A DNA stretch of 53,704 nt. It comes from Phoronis australis (Eukaryota; Animalia; Phoronida). The stretch lies in assembly GCA_002633005.1 (NCBI GenBank), contig NMRA01000316.1, positions 123,901 to 177,604 on the forward strand, written 5' to 3'. Below the pieces are notes generated by a model. The model worked only from the letters and a program-made list of their open reading frames with translations, was not told where the DNA came from and searched no databases. A program made the translations under genes and the position numbers. Below are positions 50,976 to 53,704 of the stretch, one piece after another; position 1 is the first letter of the stretch; each line of letters begins with the position of its first letter.

Positions 50976-51644
50976 CAATACTTATATAAAACTGAAATCA
51001 AGTCTGTCTCATTAGGTGCAATTTGTAATGCCTTTGGAGTGTTCGTGAGTGGAAATGATTTGAGAAGCCAGCGATGAATATATCACTGCGTTATCGGTTT
51101 TATGTGCAATGGACGGGACACCGAGGCCGTGTGAGTTCATGCTAATTAAGTGTTTGCTGGCAGAAACTGTTGTGAAACAACTCGATTTCCATCCCACGGC
51201 CAGGTGTTAGGGGAATCTTTGTGACATTACTCAAATAATGATTGTCAATGTACAACGTTTGCCCTGACGGTGCGGTGGCCAAAGCGGAACCTGAATTCGC
51301 GGTCCCCGACGAGTAAGTAGATTTGCAGTCTCGTGACTAATTCACCAACATAATCAGGTGCACATTACTTTGGCTCACTAGTATAGTATTTTCTTGACTG
51401 GAAGTTTAGTTTCCACTGAACTTTGGCTGGTTTATGTTCGTGATGTCTGATCAGTTTCCGAGCCACTGGCCGGGACAACGAGTCAATCCTGCTAGACAGG
51501 GATCCCAGAGCTTTTTGGGCATGAAAAGGTAACCAATTTTCTTTGGTGCCACAGTGCTCTGTGGGTATCCTGATGCTTGGAAATGGCCGTCTGGCAGGTT
51601 CGCTCTGGTGGGTGTGGTCAGGGGAGCCACGAGAATTACACTAA

Positions 51645-52465
51645 AAAATTGAGCTAGATCAACTTTTCTGGTAACCACTTACATGTAAAACTGCCTTCGA
51701 TACCTGCTACGTCATCCATTGTATCAAAATTGGTCACTGCCAGACAATTTCAGTGGTGATGAGTACCCGCCAGACGAACATATACAGGATACAAAAATTG
51801 AGCTAGATCAATCCAAGAGGTAACCGCTTGAAACCAGTCGCAAAATATTCACCGTAAGCCCAGGTATCACGAATGAGCACTACCAGACAAATCTAGTGGC
51901 GGGTTACCCCCGCCAGACACGCCCAAATACCTGAATTGAGCTAGATCAACCCATCAGGTAACCGTATGAAACCAATTGCACGATGTTCAGCATCACTGAA
52001 CATGGCACAACAGTTAGATGCCAGACAATTTCAGTGGTGGGGTGCCCCTGCCAGACGATTATCAAAAAGGGTAAAAAATTGAGCTAGATCAACCCAAGAG
52101 GTAACCACCTAAAACCAGTTCCAAAATATTCACCGTAAGCCCAGGTATCACGAATGAACACTGCCAGACAAATCTAGTGGTGGGTTAGCCCCGCCAGACA
52201 CACCCAAATATATGAATTGAGCTAGATCATCCCAAGAGGTAACCACATAAAACCAGTTGCAAAATACTCGCCGTCAGCCCAGGTATTAAGAATAAACACT
52301 GCCAGACAAATCTAGCGGTGGATTATCCCCGCCAGACACGCCCAAGTACCTGAGTTGAGCTAGATCAACCCGCCAGGTAATCGCTTGAAACCATTTGCAT
52401 AATGTAGAGCAACATTCTGCATGCAACAAAAGATACTTTACAGACATTTTTAACGGTGGGGCAGT
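51645..52465 (+). repeat. Tandem array of six ~140-bp units
   Basis: GAGCTAGATC at 51651, 51800, 51938, 52081, 52219 and 52357. Each unit also carries GGTAACC and (units 1-5) paired GCCAGAC-like motifs. Confidence 0.9.
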
Positions 52466-53704
52466 AGCGTGCAGAGGTTTGATCGATGTAGGGGCGACTT
52501 TTTTAGACGCCCCTATCTCTCTACTCAAATGCATATATCCTATTCAGACCCGTAACCAGAATGGTGGTTCGAATTTCAAGAACGGTGGATCTTGGTATTT
52601 TGCAAACGTCGACACTGTAGAGTTTTCGAGGATGCCTTTGGCGCAGCTTAATTAGGGGGAAGGGAAATCTGTATACATGACGACGACTCATGTTCATGAG
52701 ATGAGACGGAATTTGTAATACCAGATGCGAGGATGCTGTGACGATTGCTCGCAAAGAGCGGGAGGCAAATTAGGATGTAATGTGGTCCAAAAAGAGAACA
52801 TTCTCGCGTTATTTCCTGCCTAAGTTTCAAATCAGCCATGCTTAAATGAGTGATTACACCTCATTGCATACTCAGACGGAAATATGAAGTCTAGTTGGCA
52901 AATGACTTAACAAAATTGTATATCTGGTTGTATTTTAGCGTGTTACTTAAGTTGCTTACATAGCCGGAAATGGGGACATCCCACTATTTCGAAAGTTTAC
53001 TACAAGGAAGGTTCACTGACTATTCCGAAGTTCCCTACTTCAACGATTCACCACTCCGAAGATTCACCGCTCCAAACATATCTAAACTTTCAGACTCAGA
53101 TGTGATTTTTGAACTTTTGCATGCTAAAATAAACGATATTTCGGCTATTAGATGCACCTATACCGAAAACAACGCCCGGGCACTAAAAGACTTTGGGTTT
53201 TATGTAAACAGTGATCACCGTCTCCAGCTGGCCAGCACAACTAGAAACGGTAGTCAGATTTCATGCGCATGCGAAATTGCCCGCATGTCTTAAAATGACT
53301 ACGCATTTGAATTTTAAAATGATATGAAGTAGGAATACTGATGAATAATCAGCCATAGACCCTATTCACGCCGACAGGAGGCGCATTCCAAAACGAGGCT
53401 CGCTACGATAGCTCTGTTAGCTTATCGGCAATAGTTCTGTGTATCAGACCGTGTTGTTCCGCGAACGGCCACAAAAAATGCGGACACGCAACTGTCTGCT
53501 TCACAATCTCTAAAGACGTTGAGATTCGGAAGCGTTGGGTCGTTGCCACGACGAAGCAAAATATGCCCGTGTAAAATTTACAAATGTTTTCGAAAAGTTA
53601 GATCGTATTTTGTCGCATGTCGGTCAGTTGTTAAGCGTCATAGTAACGACCGGAGAATGGGCCAGCCAGGCTGTTTTCATGACTACGGATTTAGGGGGGG
53701 GGGG

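Noticed and set aside
51645-52465. CRISPR-like repeat-spacer array
   Set aside because: The units are ~140 bp, the 'spacers' are homologous to each other, there are no cas genes and the context is an animal genome.
52970-53293. 107-aa ORF
   Set aside because: No recognisable motif or supporting exon chain; probably repeat-derived.

Overview
This is eukaryotic (animal) genomic DNA, AT-rich and rich in the palindrome TACATGTA; a marine invertebrate origin is my inference. The window holds two complete tandem paralogues of a CPVL-like serine carboxypeptidase (peptidase family S10) on the minus strand. Each has 12 coding exons that I traced by GT-AG boundaries and frame: copy A 16996->1760 (487 aa) and copy B 42923->32428 (481 aa). 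Both keep the Ser/Asp/His catalytic motifs. Introns and intergenic DNA are filled with non-autonomous transposons: a TTAA-flanked Kolobok-like element with a THAP remnant, a second THAP-remnant element, a 5.4-kb Academ-like element with nested insertions, several MITEs with clear target-site duplications (TSDs), a solo-LTR-like segment and a Penelope-type GIY-YIG remnant. Also present are two related minimal hammerhead-ribozyme-like motifs, a ~140-bp motif array and a 991-bp tandem duplication that is probably an assembly artefact. Most ORFs in the supplied track are spurious or exon read-throughs. I found no convincing wholly new multi-gene system. The best leads are the hammerhead-like motifs, the convergent THAP/second-ORF elements, the 140-bp array and the divergence between the CPVL paralogues.
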